Shown: piece by piece, positions 1 through 13,648 of the stretch
Position numbering within the stretch: position 1 is the first letter of the stretch
Layout: each line of letters starts with the position of its first letter
Assembly (NCBI GenBank): GCA_964016885.1
Contig: OZ024746.1
Location: 65,968,001-66,032,000 of the forward strand
Origin: Eledone cirrhosa
Taxonomy: Eukaryota
Length of the DNA stretch: 64,000 nucleotides
Reading direction: 5' to 3'
Notes under the pieces: model-generated
Database searches by the model: none
The model's input: only the letters and a program-made list of their open reading frames with translations
Told to the model about the DNA's origin: nothing
Program-made: the position numbers and the translations under genes

Positions 1-21
1 ATTATAATTTTCAAAATATAA

Positions 22-200
22 CTGTTTCTACTTTAGGCACAAGGCCAGCAATTATCCAGTGCATTACTGGTACTTTATTTTATCGACCCCGTAAGGATGA
101 AAGGCAAAGTCAACCTCGGCGGGATTTGAATTCAGATCGTAAAGGGACGTAACTATGCTAGAAAGCATGGCGTCCGACCCTCTACCGATACTGCCAATCC
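22..200 (-). mobile_element. tRNA-derived SINE (family A, octopod-type)
   Basis: Minus strand reads GGATTGGCAGTATCGGTAGAGG (A-box-like)...GAATTCAAATCCCGCC (B-box-like)...GTCGATAAAATAAAGTACCAG...GTAGAAAC. At least 8 near-identical copies occur in the window. Confidence 0.9.
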
Positions 201-221
201 AGATACACAATAAGAAGTATT

Positions 222-222
<1 letters not shown>

Positions 223-290
<68 letters not shown>

Positions 291-335
291 TCTCTCTCCC
301 TCTCTCTCTCCGTCTCTCCCTTTCTCTCTCTCTCT
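223..335. repeat. (CT)n microsatellite
   Basis: Direct reading. Confidence 0.95.
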
Positions 336-1893
336 ATAATAAATTTCATAATTATGATACATCGCAAATAGCCAATAATACATATTCATTAAGTTACCGG
401 AATCCACATCGTAACTGATTATACAAGAGTTTACATTGCCCTAGGAATAGTACATGGAAGACGTCAACAAAAGTCTCATATTGTGCTTTAGATTATACCC
501 GGTGTGTATAATCTAGGTTCATGTTCGTACACATCTCATACCAAGAGGATAAATATCTCGACTTACGTCCTCCATCTTCTATTAACATAATCGAAGACAC
601 CAGGAAGGAATTTATTGAGTGGAGGCATGATGTGGTTGACATAGAACACCAAATATTACACAGTATATATTTACATTTGAAACTAAAACTGAGCTGATTT
701 ATCTCATTATACCTGGCATATTCTAGGAATCTCTTATTTTCGTTAAAATCCACAAGAATTTGCATCATGTCTTAATGCAACAAAATGGGTATTATTATGC
801 AATATGGGATGTTTGTTTGTTTAACAGCAGTGATGCCTCATATAATGTGGATCGTTGTGGTTCGTAAAGTGTCAGAAACTGATAAATACGGAATTATTTT
901 CTCCTCTTTTCGACGGTGCTCTCAAGAACATACACTTCTGACTGTGTAAACATATAGAGGAGTTAATATAAACACTTTCAAATGTGTAGATTGCATCAAC
1001 ACTCTGGCCGTCTTGATTTTTCAAGCGTTATTTCACTTTAATTATCGCCGACATTTCTGTGATGAGAAACAATTGACCGCCAAAGAGTCTCATTTCGCAA
1101 TACATAAACCTTACTCGTTTGTGATAAGTATAAAGAAGCCAATATTGTGACGAATGCCATTGAACAAGATGAAAGGGAGAAAAAAGCTATACTATATCCT
1201 CTTCAAACGTTGATTTTACCACTTAAGCTTAAGACATATTGTGATAGAGAAAGCAAACATGAGTGTATGATATTTATTACTTTTTCAAAGATATAAGCGA
1301 CGAAAGTGAATAAGAAAGATTACTCTAGAAAATTGTGTAGCGGTCTGGTTGCTCCATTAATATAATTTTATTTTACTCCAAATTTTCTTTTTTCTAATCT
1401 ACTGCACTAGCCAGAAAAAAGAAGTAATGTATACTTTATTACATAAGCCTTAATACATTATGGTATACAGGATTCGTGTGTTTTCAAAATAATACAAACC
1501 AATGCTAAATTCTACTAAAGTTATTTTTTCTATGAGAAGCGTTTTTGTTTCTAATTTCACCTTCTTTCCTTCTCATTTTTACATGTCAACCTTCTGTTAA
1601 TGGAATTCCCGCAGACATATACAGGAGACGATAATGTAGTGATGCCATGTTCCTGTAGATCCTTTCAATCGGTCTCTCTTATCCTCTCGTGACGGTTTCG
1701 AACGCAGAAAATAGAAACTTCGAAAATAGAAGCTGCAAATATATTTCATCCATTCGAGTTAAAATAAGTTCACTATGGAAAACATAAGATTTTTATATAT
1801 TCGAAATTCGTCTCATATGGAAACGCGTTTGTGAATAATATATATATATATGTATGTATGCAAAAGGTAAACAGAAATAACAACACAATCAGT

Positions 1894-1954
<61 letters not shown>

Positions 1955-1964
<10 letters not shown>

Positions 1965-2658
1965 TAAATCATATATCACAAATCCTTAGAATTATTAGAT
2001 AAAATATATACTATTTCCTCTCCCAATTAGCATAATTAACCATATAAAAAAATCAAGGCTGCGCTTTCTAGCAACCACCCTACTCGCCGTAAACAACTAA
2101 TCACATTCTTTCTAACTTGACTACTGCCACGTCAAGATTCTTAGCCATTTTAAAAATCTATTTCTGGCGGGATCGCTTTGGAAAATTAACTGTCCTATTG
2201 AGTTTGTCGCCTGATGAGTTCGATGCTCGAGATTTATCCTTAATAGGATACCTCAAAATACAAACGACACCATGGTAGGGATATAATAACTGTATGTGCG
2301 AATTTCTTCTAACTTTAAATTTATACCTAATTGTGTATGGTTAACGGTATATTTCGCAGTTTCTACATGCTGTTGAAATGTTGGTTAAATACTCTATTGT
2401 GGTCAACCGCGAAGAGGCTGCTTTCGGTTATTTATCAATATTTCTTCATAGGAGCCTTTATTCTTATAGCCTCGTCTAATTGATTTTTGATATGGTTAAT
2501 TAGGCTAATTGGGAGAGGAAATAGTATATATTTTATCTAATAATTCTAAGGACATGATTTATGATATATTGCTCTGATTATTTAATTTATTAATTCTTCA
2601 TTGAGCCACATCGTGAACGGTTGCCACATATATATCTGTAACTTTATGTATATTTAAA

Positions 2659-2660
<2 letters not shown>
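1955..2660 (+). mobile_element. Non-autonomous fold-back element (inverted 5' arm plus unique tail) in (TA)n, probably PLE-derived
   Basis: 1955-2055 is the reverse complement of 2481-2568. A unique tail runs to ~2660, and (TA)n flanks both sides. A decayed CTGATGA motif lies at 2211. Confidence 0.6.
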
Positions 2661-2735
<75 letters not shown>

Positions 2736-2806
2736 ATATATGTATAGATAAGAAATGTATAACCTGTAAAATAAGCCCCCATATTAACTGTAAAACTAGA
2801 AATGTA

Positions 2807-3124
2807 GTGTATAGCATAAGATGTACTGAAGGACAATGTAGAGACAAAAATATAGTGTACGTAGGTGAGACAGCTCGTAGTGTAGGGGAACGGATAAATG
2901 AACACTGGCGAGACCTTCAAGATAATAAAGAATCATCTGTACTCTACCAACATGCTGAGATAGAACACAAGGGTAAATTAGAGGACATAGAAATAAAAAT
3001 AGAATCTACACACAGAAAATGCGCAATGTTTAGACAAATTACAGAGGCAATAAACATAAAAGAATTACAACCAAAATTAAATAGAAAATATGAGTGGAAC
3101 AGCAACATCACAACTTACAATTAA
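2807..3124 (+). CDS. GIY-YIG endonuclease domain of PLE (fragment, no true start)
   Basis: VYSI..C..C..YVGET-R-R-EH-H-H-E-N motif order is intact. Confidence 0.85.
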   Translation: MYSIRCTEGQCRDKNIVYVGETARSVGERINEHWRDLQDNKESSVLYQHAEIEHKGKLEDIEIKIESTHRKCAMFRQITEAINIKELQPKLNRKYEWNSNITTYN

Positions 3125-3324
3125 GGACAAAATCAAAACACACACACACATAGAACAAACAACCAACCAGTAACATGTAAATAAACAAATAAATAAATGA
3201 ACATAAACACACACAGACAACCGGATGTGGCGCATGCGCAGACTGAGCACACAACACACACACAGAAACAAAATGGCGTAGGACAGAACAAAGGAGAGGC
3301 ACAGAAACAAAGAAAGGAATCCCC

Positions 3325-3369
3325 AGTCACTGAAGAGGTCACAGAGTGTGTGACGAAAGAACTATGACT
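3325..3369 (+). ncRNA. Minimal type I hammerhead ribozyme in PLE 3' region
   Basis: AGTCA-CTGAAGA-G-GTCACA gagtg TGTGAC-GAAA-GAAC-TA-TGACT: stem I 5 bp, stem II 6 bp with one extra nucleotide after the core, 4-nt loop III. Confidence 0.8.
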
Positions 3370-3509
3370 ATATATAAACAACTATCTGTTTGTGGAACCA
3401 ACCAACCAACCAGAAATTTATAAATTTATGAATTTATAAATATATAATAAATTGAAGTGAAAGCAACTGGTGCGTGTGTTTCTTATTGGTAACATGACCC
3501 TCCAATATT

Positions 3510-3982
3510 TATATATTGTATTATATATATTGTATATATATATAGTATTTTGTATATTGTATATATATATATTGTATTACATATATTAAATGAATTGTAT
3601 TATATATATATATAATACAATTTGAATTATATACTACTGTGATTGAGTGTTTGTCTGTAATGTAATACAGCCAAAATGGTGCATAATGATAAAATACTTT
3701 GAAAGGAAGTTGTCTCTGAAAAGGGAATACAAATGGAAAAAAATCAGGTTTCGCGTCAATCGGAGCACGTGTTCCGGTGCTTTTCCGGGTGCCTTTAGAA
3801 ATAGTGAGACAGAAAGATATAGAGAAAGTGATAGGGGTTGTGAGAAAAAGGATTGAAAATTTAATTTTACATTATATACATGTCTGTATATATTTTAATC
3901 ATTTAAAAATAATTTTTAAGTGAACACTATTTAAAAAAAATATTTTTCGTGAAGGTGACCCAACGGGTCATGGATGTTCTAG
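3510..3982 (+). mobile_element. Non-autonomous Helitron-like element
   Basis: Ends with a TGACCC-AAC-GGGTCA hairpin (3956-3970) followed 8 nt later by CTAG. Its 5' part recurs inverted at 5213-5525. Confidence 0.6.
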
Positions 3983-4226
3983 TATATATATATATATATA
4001 TATATACAAATTTTAGTACAGCATTAACGAAGCTTTATATCACGGCCAAGCTAACGAATGCAAATTCGGTATCTAGCTTTAGCACTCGGATGAGGATAAG
4101 TACCCCAGAGCAATAACAATAAGTTTAGACAGCTTAGCAAATCAAATATAGCGATCGGCAGTCCAGCCACATCCCCAGAGCAACGAAAATACAGGACTCA
4201 GGAAAATATTTCATATATATATATAT

Positions 4227-4270
<44 letters not shown>

Positions 4271-4272
<2 letters not shown>

Positions 4273-4326
4273 CGTTTCTGAATTTGTTTAGCAAAATTTA
4301 TTGGCAACATGACCCTCCCAAATTAT

Positions 4327-4332
<6 letters not shown>
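4271..4332. mobile_element. Tiny remnant made only of PLE terminal sequences
   Basis: TTCGTTTCTGAATTTGTTTAGCAA (as at 62706) joined to TATTGGCAACATGACCCTCCCA (as at 3484), between TA tracts. Confidence 0.7.
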
Positions 4333-4405
<73 letters not shown>

Positions 4406-4560
4406 GTTAGTATCGTGAGAGAGTAGAGGTTTAAAGGGATAAGCGATGCATATAGTTAGTTGGTAAACGCTGGTGCATTTGTGGTCAATACTTGTGCCTA
4501 CAGTGTTAAATATCAGAGGCGTTAATATTTAGTTGCCGAGAATGTAAGCAGAGCGATTAC

Positions 4561-4664
4561 AAATGAAAGGATTACAAAGGAGAATACATACTGTTAGAAA
4601 CATACGTAGATGCTTTTTGTATAAACATGTTCTAACGACATGTATTCTCCTTTGTAATCCCTTC

Positions 4665-4668
<4 letters not shown>
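4561..4668. repeat. ~42-bp inverted repeat (hairpin) abutting (TA)n
   Basis: AAATGAAAGGATTACAAAGGAGAATACAT...GTTAGAA versus TTCTAAC...ATGTATTCTCCTTTGTAATCCCTTCATTT. Confidence 0.85.
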
Positions 4669-4734
<66 letters not shown>

Positions 4735-5210
4735 TCTATCATATGGCTTCCCGTTTGTCCGATATATAAAGACCCGCAAAGTTGAACACTGGAGGACATA
4801 GGCAACATGGGTAGATGTGCAGGTGAAGGAATGGCGGATTCGGAAAGACCCGACAGGGCCTGTAAGAGTAGTGAGGGTGGAAATAAAGGGACAAGTGTTG
4901 CAGTGGGAACGGGAACAAGGATGAGAGCCGGGTGGAGTCGTGGGAGAGGACGAAAAGCAACTGCGAACCAAGAGGTGGAGGAGGTTGCGAGTGCGCTTAA
5001 AAGCAGCAATGGGTGGGTTTGGAAAAAAGCGAGAAGTGACGGGGTCAGAAGAGAAGATACGGAAGGAACGGAGGATAGGTAGGGAGATGGGGTGATAGGT
5101 GAAAGAGAAAGGAACACGGGTGTTGGGAGGGCGGCGGTGAGGTGAGGTGAGACGGCTGTGGTGCGGTCTGTTTCACGAGCGTGGGTGAGAGCAGCGTGAA
5201 TCAAGATGGG
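4735..5210 (-). pseudogene. PLE fragment (RT C-terminus, Cys linker, start of GIY-YIG; Neptune-like)
   Basis: Frameshifted translation gives FKRTRNL..LVRS..GSHPCSRSHCNTCPFI..GPVGSFRIRHSFTCTSTHVAYVLQC / CGSLYIGQTG. Homologous to 38930-39330. Confidence 0.85.
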
Positions 5211-5212
5211 GG

Positions 5213-5525
5213 AACCACTATCTCTTTCTCTATATCTTTCTGTCTCACTATTTCTGTAGGCACCCGGAAAAACACCGGAACACGTGCTCTGATTTACGCG
5301 AAACTTCATTTATTCCATTTGTACTCCTATTTCAGAGCCAAATTCCTTTCAATATATTTTTTCATTATGCACCCTTTTGTCTGTATTACATTACAGACTA
5401 GCACACAATCACAGTAGTATATAATTCAAATTGTGTTTTATATATATATAATACAATTCATATAATATATGTAATACAATATATATATACAATATACAAA
5501 ATACTATATATACAATATATATAAT
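5213..5525 (-). mobile_element. Second, 3'-truncated copy of the Helitron-like element
   Basis: Reverse complement of ~3515-3835. Confidence 0.65.
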
Positions 5526-6083
5526 CCAGTATATATATATATATTACAATTTGATTAAAAAGATATGTGTACGGTATATATAATCTTCCGAGATATATTC
5601 ATTCGTGCACAAACATACAGATATATGTGGGTATCGAAACCACGCCTCTTCATTTTGCTATAATTGTGATAGCTGATTGCACAAGCTTGCCCAAATAATC
5701 GGCTAGCACACACATCACGAATATACTGATGCCCATACACACCCATAAACATACACACAAGCACACACACACGCGCATGCATTCATATATACATGCATTT
5801 ATAAATATCGTCTTCAATGGAAAACCAATCTTCACCAAACTAATGCTATCCACGAGTCATTCAAAGGCAATCTATAAACATACATGCAGCCTCACTCACC
5901 AGGCATATACTAAACAAAGGCAATACCCCCCTTCAAATTCATACCCAAATAAACACATTATAACAAGAAACAGCACACACTGTTACGAAGTCGACGGACT
6001 CCATCAGAGTTTGAGCCGTTATATTACAGGTATTATATATTAATCTCTTTCTCTCACTCTGTCTCCCTATCTACTCCTCCATG

Positions 6084-6114
<31 letters not shown>

Positions 6115-6124
6115 GATATATATA

Positions 6125-7602
6125 AACAATATATTAATACATGGAAACTATATTTATAAAACCATAATTATTTTATTATATATATTTGAAGGGCAACCAA
6201 GGCAATTTTGGTGCGTTTTCATCACATAAAATACAAAATATGTTTTATAAATGTTGACCCGTAGAAAAATAACCTTGACGGTTGAAGGTTCGCTGGATAG
6301 TGATTTATATGTGAGTATGCAAATGAATGTCCGAAAAAATTGAAAGAACAACCATTTATTTAAATTATACTGTTGAAAGAAGAGAGAGAAAAAAGAGAGA
6401 GAAAAGGAGAAAGAAAAAGAGATAAAAAAGGGGAAGAAATAAATAAAGAAAGAAAGAAAGAGAGAAAAAATTATATGCAGAGTAATAGTGAAAAAAGTGA
6501 AGGAACGAGCGAAAGAATAAGCTTTTCATGCTTTTATGCTTAAAAATAATGATTCATTAAAAAATAAAAAAATAATGATGAATTAAAAATAATGATGAAT
6601 TAAAAATAATGATGAAATAAAAATAATGATGAACTAAAAATAATGTTAAATTAAAAAATAAAGATATATTACAATAAATGATTTAAAAGTATGAGGTTTT
6701 ACATTGGAAAAATATTGAAAATTAAGTTTTGTTTATTTATTAGTTATTATGAGATAAGTTTGACAAAAAAATATTTAGCCAGAATTTGTTACCGGTTGTA
6801 AGTCAAATCTTAAATACTTAGAAAAATTACAAAGGTTACGAAATATTACGGGAATTTACAAAAGAATAAATAATTAATTAAAAGTATATACTAAAACCAT
6901 TTAAAATTCTGACTATAAAAACTCAGACTATAAAAATTAAGACTATAAAAAACCATAAAGAACTTTTAAGAGATTTTTAAAGATCTCAAAAAGACTCCAA
7001 AGATACACAAAAATCTTTAAAAAAAATCTTATAAAATGTTTAAAGACTATTCATAAATTATAATTAAAACCTAAAATTATTCAAAAATATAAAGAAGTAT
7101 TAAGAAATATTTGAAAATAGTTAAATATTTAAAATATTAAAAATATTTAAAAGTATTTAAAGTATTGAAAATATAAAATTCAAAAAATATTAAAATATTA
7201 GTTGACTCCAAAAAGAATATTTTTTTTTTTAATAATTTAAAAAAAACATTAATAAAAATTCCTTAAAACATTAAAAAATTTTCAGAATTAAAGAATTTTT
7301 TAAAAGTTTCAAGTAATCATCCCAAAAAGATTATGAGATATATTGGAAGTAAGATAGATAAAGGTAAAAATAAAGGTAAAAATAAAGATAATTATGAAGA
7401 AGAAATATTAGAAAGTAAAGTTTTTAAGAAGTAAATTAGAAGAGTATTATATATATTTACGAAGTAAAAGATATTAAAATTAGAATTACATTAAATTTCT
7501 GAAACTATGGATATAATTTAAGAAATTTTTATTTTTTTATTTTTTTATTTTTTTTATTTATTTATTTATTTTTTTATTTTTTTTTATTTTTTTACTTTTT
7601 AA

Positions 7603-7634
<32 letters not shown>

Positions 7635-8260
7635 TTTTTTATTTTTTTATTTTTTTATTTTTATTTTTTTTTATTTATCATTATATTAGAGAGTAATATA
7701 AACATAGCATAAACGCATGATATATTTACGATTTACGTACTCATCCTCGGAAAAGGTTATTCTTTCGCTCGTTCCTTCACTTTTTTCACTATTACTCTGC
7801 ATATCAGTGTTTCTCTCTTTCTTTATTTCTTTCTTTCTCCCCCTTTTTTCTCGCTTTTTCTTTCTCCTTTTCTCTCTCTTTTTTTCTCTCTCTTCTTCCA
7901 ATTTAAAAAAAAAGGGTTGTTCTTTCAATTTGTTCGGACATTCATTTGCATACTCACACATAAATTTGAATTACCCTCAATAAAAATGTCTTCACTTTCC
8001 AGCGAACCTTCAACCGTCAAGGTTGTTTTTCTACGGGTATGTCAACATTTATAAAACATAATTTGTATTTTATCTGATGAAAGCGCACCAAAATTGCCTT
8101 GGTTGCCCTTTAAATATATATAATAAAATAATTATGGTTTTATAAATATAGTTTCCATTTATTAATATAATGAATATTTACTCCAGTAAGCTGTTGAGTG
8201 TTTTATATCAGTTATAACACTTTTAAGCTTGTTGAATCCCAACAAATTAAATATAACTTC

Positions 8261-8263
<3 letters not shown>
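6125..8263 (+). mobile_element. ~2.1-kb fold-back element with ~400-bp inverted arms, hammerhead remnants and unique tail (PLE pLTR-like)
   Basis: 6130-6527 is inverted at 7750-8168. The spacer is extremely AT-rich and includes AAAAATAATGATGAATT repeats. The tail TTGAGTGTTTTATATCAGTTATAA...CTGC(AT)n is shared with 16575-16645 and 53970-54038. Confidence 0.8.
8066..8130 (+). ncRNA. Hammerhead ribozyme, G12 mutated (probably inactive)
   Basis: TATTTTAT-CTGATGA-AAGCGCACCAA..TTGGTTGCCCTT-TAAA-TATATA-TA-ATAAAATA. The paralog at 16219-16280 keeps GAAA. Confidence 0.65.
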
Positions 8264-8348
<85 letters not shown>

Positions 8349-8583
8349 TAAATATAAATATATATACATATATATAACAAAGAATGGTTTTCCTAAGAAG
8401 ACCAGTGGGAGTGGGGGGTGTTCACCCAAGTTAAATGAGATACTCAATATATCAGTAACAAGATACAGAATTATTTCTAATATAAATGAGTTTGTACTGG
8501 ACTAGAACTGTTTTATTTGAAATTATCTCTATATTCCTCATACTTCCAAACGATTGAAAATGTCCTACTACAGTAGGAATCTC

Positions 8584-8721
<138 letters not shown>

Positions 8722-9139
8722 TTCAACAATCGGAGAGCATTTATAGAATACAGATAGAAATATTTTTCTCTTTTCACCAGGAAGACAATAAAAACATGAG
8801 ATATGCTTTCTTTTTTCTTAGAAAGTTATTTACGTGCATCGTGTTCTTGTATATTTTTTTCCTTCGCCATCTCTGTCTAGCGTCTGAGTAATTTACTTTT
8901 GACTATTCATACCCTTTCATTGTTAAAGTAGAATATTGATTTCCTTGCCTTGTTTGTTGCCTATAATTGGCAGTCAGTTTTCCATTTCGCAGGAAATTTA
9001 CTTCACGTCTATTGGTAAATAGAAACTATTATATTTTTACTGTAAAACATTATGAAGGATCTTACTTATTAACAGTAAAATTATTAAATGTAGAGATGTC
9101 ACTTTTCCTATTTTTATACACACACTTACACACCCTCTA

Positions 9140-9203
<64 letters not shown>

Positions 9204-9899
9204 TTATATATATATATATATATATACAGAGAGAGAGAGAGATATTTAAATACATATATAGATATAGAAGCCCTAGAAAACAGGAAAGCGAAATTTTAGG
9301 AGCGTATATGAATTTCAAAATAGTTTGGAGTTTTTAAAATTCCTTTTTTATTTTATAAGTTGTAAATTATTGACATGGGGGACTACTATAACTTTCTTTT
9401 CTAAATAAAAATTTTACCATAAGTGAAAATACGTTGTTTTACATGGTTTCAAATATCCATCAATAATGAACTGGAGCAATCTGAAGTAAATGTTTCACTT
9501 AAGTACACAAAGCACCGCCAAGTCCGGTAACCCAACCCAAAATCTGATGTTTTTTGTGAATTCACAAAACAAGCCACTAATCTAAGTATTTTCACGGACA
9601 CACACACACATTCATATATATATATATATTTATATTTAAACGTCCGTGTAGAGTTAGTAAGCTCTGTAAGACTAGATGTGTCGAGTACTCCTTACATTTA
9701 GTAATCGAAAAGCGCTAGTGAGAACAGTAAAAAATAAAAAAAGAGAAAGCAACAGCAAAAAAAAAAACTATTTTAAAATGTCAAACATTGAAGGCCAATG
9801 GGAAGAAGATTATGCGTAAGCAAACGAAATAGAAAAGGAAAAAGGGATACAAGGGATGCTGTAAAACAGCTAGAATTTTCTGTTGTTGAATAATTTAGT

Positions 9900-11150
9900 A
9901 GTTTCCATGTACTCAATGCTTTGCTAGACTTTTAACCATATATTGAACTTCCAAGCTCTGTAGTTTTTTAAAGAGTGATTTCAATATGGTCTCTCTCTCA
10001 GAATGATAGTCTCTACATTGGAAACATAGTGCCAAATAGTTTCTGGAAAGTCACAACAAGAACATAGTGGTGAATTTCTACGACCTGTTCTTCATATAAT
10101 GTAGTTCAAAGGTATATGTCCAATTCGAAGTCAGCATAGTCTATTTTTTATTTGACCGATAACATTGGAATTTGTGAGCTTATCTCTGGATTCATCCCAA
10201 AATTTTATTTGACCGATAACATTGGAATTTTATTTGACCGATGACATTGGAATTTGTGAGCTTATCTCTGGATTCATCCCAAAATATTTCCACCAATGAC
10301 TAATGATGTTTACTAAATGACTTTACCTGCTAAAGTTTTGGAATATAGTCTATATCTATTATTTCGCTCTCGGCTCCCTCTTTTGCTAATTCGTCTGTTT
10401 TCCTATTTTCGCTAATATCTGTATGGCCCAGTATTCAAATCAGTTTTTTCTTTATTATTTTCTGAAAGGTAAATATCTATTTTAAGCAGAGCGTTCTCAA
10501 TATCTCTAACCCGACCGATTCGTTCTTGACGGAAGTGATTCTACGTTCAATATCAGTAAATAGAAAATCCTTTTTCCGGGACAATTCCATAGCTAAATCT
10601 ATGGATGATTTAATACCCCACAATTCTGCATTAAATATAGTGTAGTCCTTATATAATCTGAAGTTCTTATCCCTATAATCATTTTTGAAATAAAGTAGCT
10701 TCACAGTCAACTCCCTTTTCTGAATATGCCCCGTCCGTTTAGTAGACCCGCTGTTAAAAGAGATTGGTTGTGCGATAGTGTTATGAAGTTCTTTTGATTC
10801 CTCTCTTGTGTTTTAATCATTATTTCAAACGAGTTTAATTATTTAACCAATAGAGGTATCCAAGAAACATACTGTTTTCGTTTGCATTTAAACTGAGCAG
10901 TTAGGAATGTTCGTTCCCTGACTCATCTAGCAACAGATGAGGTAGTGTTAATCCGGCTTCATGAAACATCGCTGGCTTGGGAGTAGATCTTAGACAACTG
11001 AATATAGTCTGGTTAATTTGAGTACGGAATGTATTAATAGTTTGACGATAGCTAATACTTGTGTATCCCCAAAGCTATTAGCCATACACATATTAAGCGT
11101 TGATGACGCCCCCAGTAGATAGTCTCAAGTGGTTGTACGTTAGGCAGTGG
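9900..11150 (-). pseudogene. Decayed non-LTR retrotransposon ORF2 3' part (RNase H plus CCHC knuckle; I/Nimb/R1-like)
   Basis: TDGAYSEKG...TIFNAELWGI...FLFTDI...ILGHTDISENRKTDELAKEGA (RNase H), then CSCCDFPETIWH/FQCRDY across stops and frameshifts. Internal tandem duplication at 10147-10285. Confidence 0.8.
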
Positions 11151-11378
11151 AATGTATTTGAAATTACTTTAATTGCATGCCATGTTGATGTAGTTCGTTT
11201 CCGCGTGTGCTTCTTTCTAGCGTTTCAAGAAGATTGTTTAATATGATTTGGAAGCTATCTGTATTTGGTTTTGGTATTACTAACGTATGTCGATTGTGTT
11301 GGGACTTAATTATTCTATTAAATAAGTTTGGCATTAGTTCATGTATTACACTCCATGTCTCATTGATGATTATATACA

Positions 11379-11675
<297 letters not shown>

Positions 11676-11734
11676 ATATATGCAAACGTTATATATGCAA
11701 ACGTACTTATATTTTACTTCGCCTCCCTTGTAAA

Positions 11735-11738
11735 TATA

Positions 11739-11815
<77 letters not shown>

Positions 11816-12497
11816 TTATATATATATATTTATATATATATATTTATATATATATTTATATATATATTTATATATATATATAGATATAGTATATAGATAT
11901 AGTATATATATATATATAGTATATATATATATATATATATATAGTATATATATATATATATAGTATATATATATATATATATAGTATATATATATATATA
12001 TAGTATATATATATATATATAGTATATATATATATATAGTATATATATATATATATAGTATATATATATATATATAGTATATATATATATATAGTATATA
12101 TATATATATATAGTATATATATATATATATAGTATATATATATATATATAGTATATATATATATATATAGTATATATATATAGTATATATATATATATAG
12201 TATATATATATAGTATATATATATATATAGTATATATATATATATATATAGTATATATATATATATAGTATATATATATATATAGTATATATATATATAG
12301 TATATATATATATAGTATATATATATATAGTATATATATATATATATAGTATATATATATATATAGTATATATATATATATAGTATATATATATATATAG
12401 TATATATATATATATAGTATATATATATATATAGTATATATATATATATAGTATATATATATATATAGTATATATATATATATATATAGTATATATA

Positions 12498-12585
<88 letters not shown>

Positions 12586-12590
12586 TATAT
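11735..12590. repeat. Long (TA)n / (TATATATATAG)n interrupted microsatellite
   Basis: Direct reading, ~850 bp. Confidence 0.95.
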
Positions 12591-13648
12591 ACTCATTCCC
12601 CTCTCTCTCTCTCTCCTCATGAGAGGGAGAGTGAGAAAGAGAGAGGAGAAAGAGATGAATATTAGTGTGTGTATGAATAGATATTGACACGACTGACATA
12701 TGCATTTAGTTGCTCCTATTTATATACGCCCATATGATATATATGGTCTCCATTCTAAAAATGCATAGGCCTATCGATTTCCTTTGCCCACATGATGCTG
12801 TTTAAAAAAAACAACAACATATTTTTCATTGATAATATATTACTGACTGCAACCATACATTAGTACTCATTTATATTTTTATTTTTTTGCTTTGTTCTAT
12901 CTTTAATTTTTTTCTTTGTTAGCATTTAATTATATCTGAACTGTATGCATCAGTTAGTCTCCTGGTGCTTATTTTTAGTTACATATTTATCCACAATTTC
13001 AGCTAAATCATTCAATCTTATTCTAATTCACCATATCACGTTATATTGCGACATTTCATAATTCACATTCACTTTCCCACCTTAACTATACTATTGCTGC
13101 TACTGTTGTTAATGATACAGCTGTGTTTGTCGTTGTTGTTGTGGTTTTTAACATCAGAGCCATCCTATTCGAATTTACGTTTAACGGAATGCATGACCAG
13201 CCAAGAGTCAACAAATTTTCTTTCTACGCACGTATATTGGAATGTATTAATGATTCTGATCATTTTGTCCCATGGTAGTGTGTGATTTGATAAATATTTG
13301 GTTTCTATTTCTAGCAAGTCGTTTGATTTTAAATACGTTAAATCGTCTCTGAATGTTCTCAAATTATCAGATTGATTTGTTTCTCTCTTAATTCTGAAAC
13401 TAGCCTCATCTGAGATACTCATCGTGTTATTTTACTTCTTAAGGTTTTTTAAATTCGTGTAATCGTGCGTATCTTTCATGCTCACTTGTATAAACATTTC
13501 CTTTTGTGTGTAATGACTTCACTCAGTAATATGTTATTCTTGTGACTGTTTTGATTTCCTGTTTGTATCTACTTTCTCATTCCTGACGATAACAAATGTA
13601 GCAAACTCCATCAATTTCAAACGATGCGCTATTCTTCATATTAATAAT

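Larger units (their letters stand above)
2743..3505 (+). mobile_element. 5'-truncated Penelope-like element: GIY-YIG endonuclease end plus 3' pLTR with hammerhead
   Basis: Reads [31 protein letters not shown]...YVGETARSVGERINEH...H...H...RQITEAINIKELQPKLN, a typical PLE GIY-YIG. Begins right after (TA)n. Homologous to 62706-63700. Confidence 0.9.

Noticed and set aside
2205-2269. CTGATGA with TGTCG/CGACA and ATCCT/AGGAT stems
   Set aside because: GAAA and the UH site are absent, so at best a dead remnant; not called as an HHR.
4632-5309. 225-aa ORF as a gene
   Set aside because: Chance fusion of Helitron-like DNA, mostly out-of-frame PLE sequence and (TA)n.
11830-12705. Long YI/IY, HT/VC and ER/SL ORFs here and throughout the window
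   Set aside because: These are stop-free readings of (TA)n, (CA)n and (GA)n microsatellites, not genes.
13165-13422. 85-aa minus-strand ORF
   Set aside because: No recognisable motif or splice support, and the frame is closed by stops on both sides.
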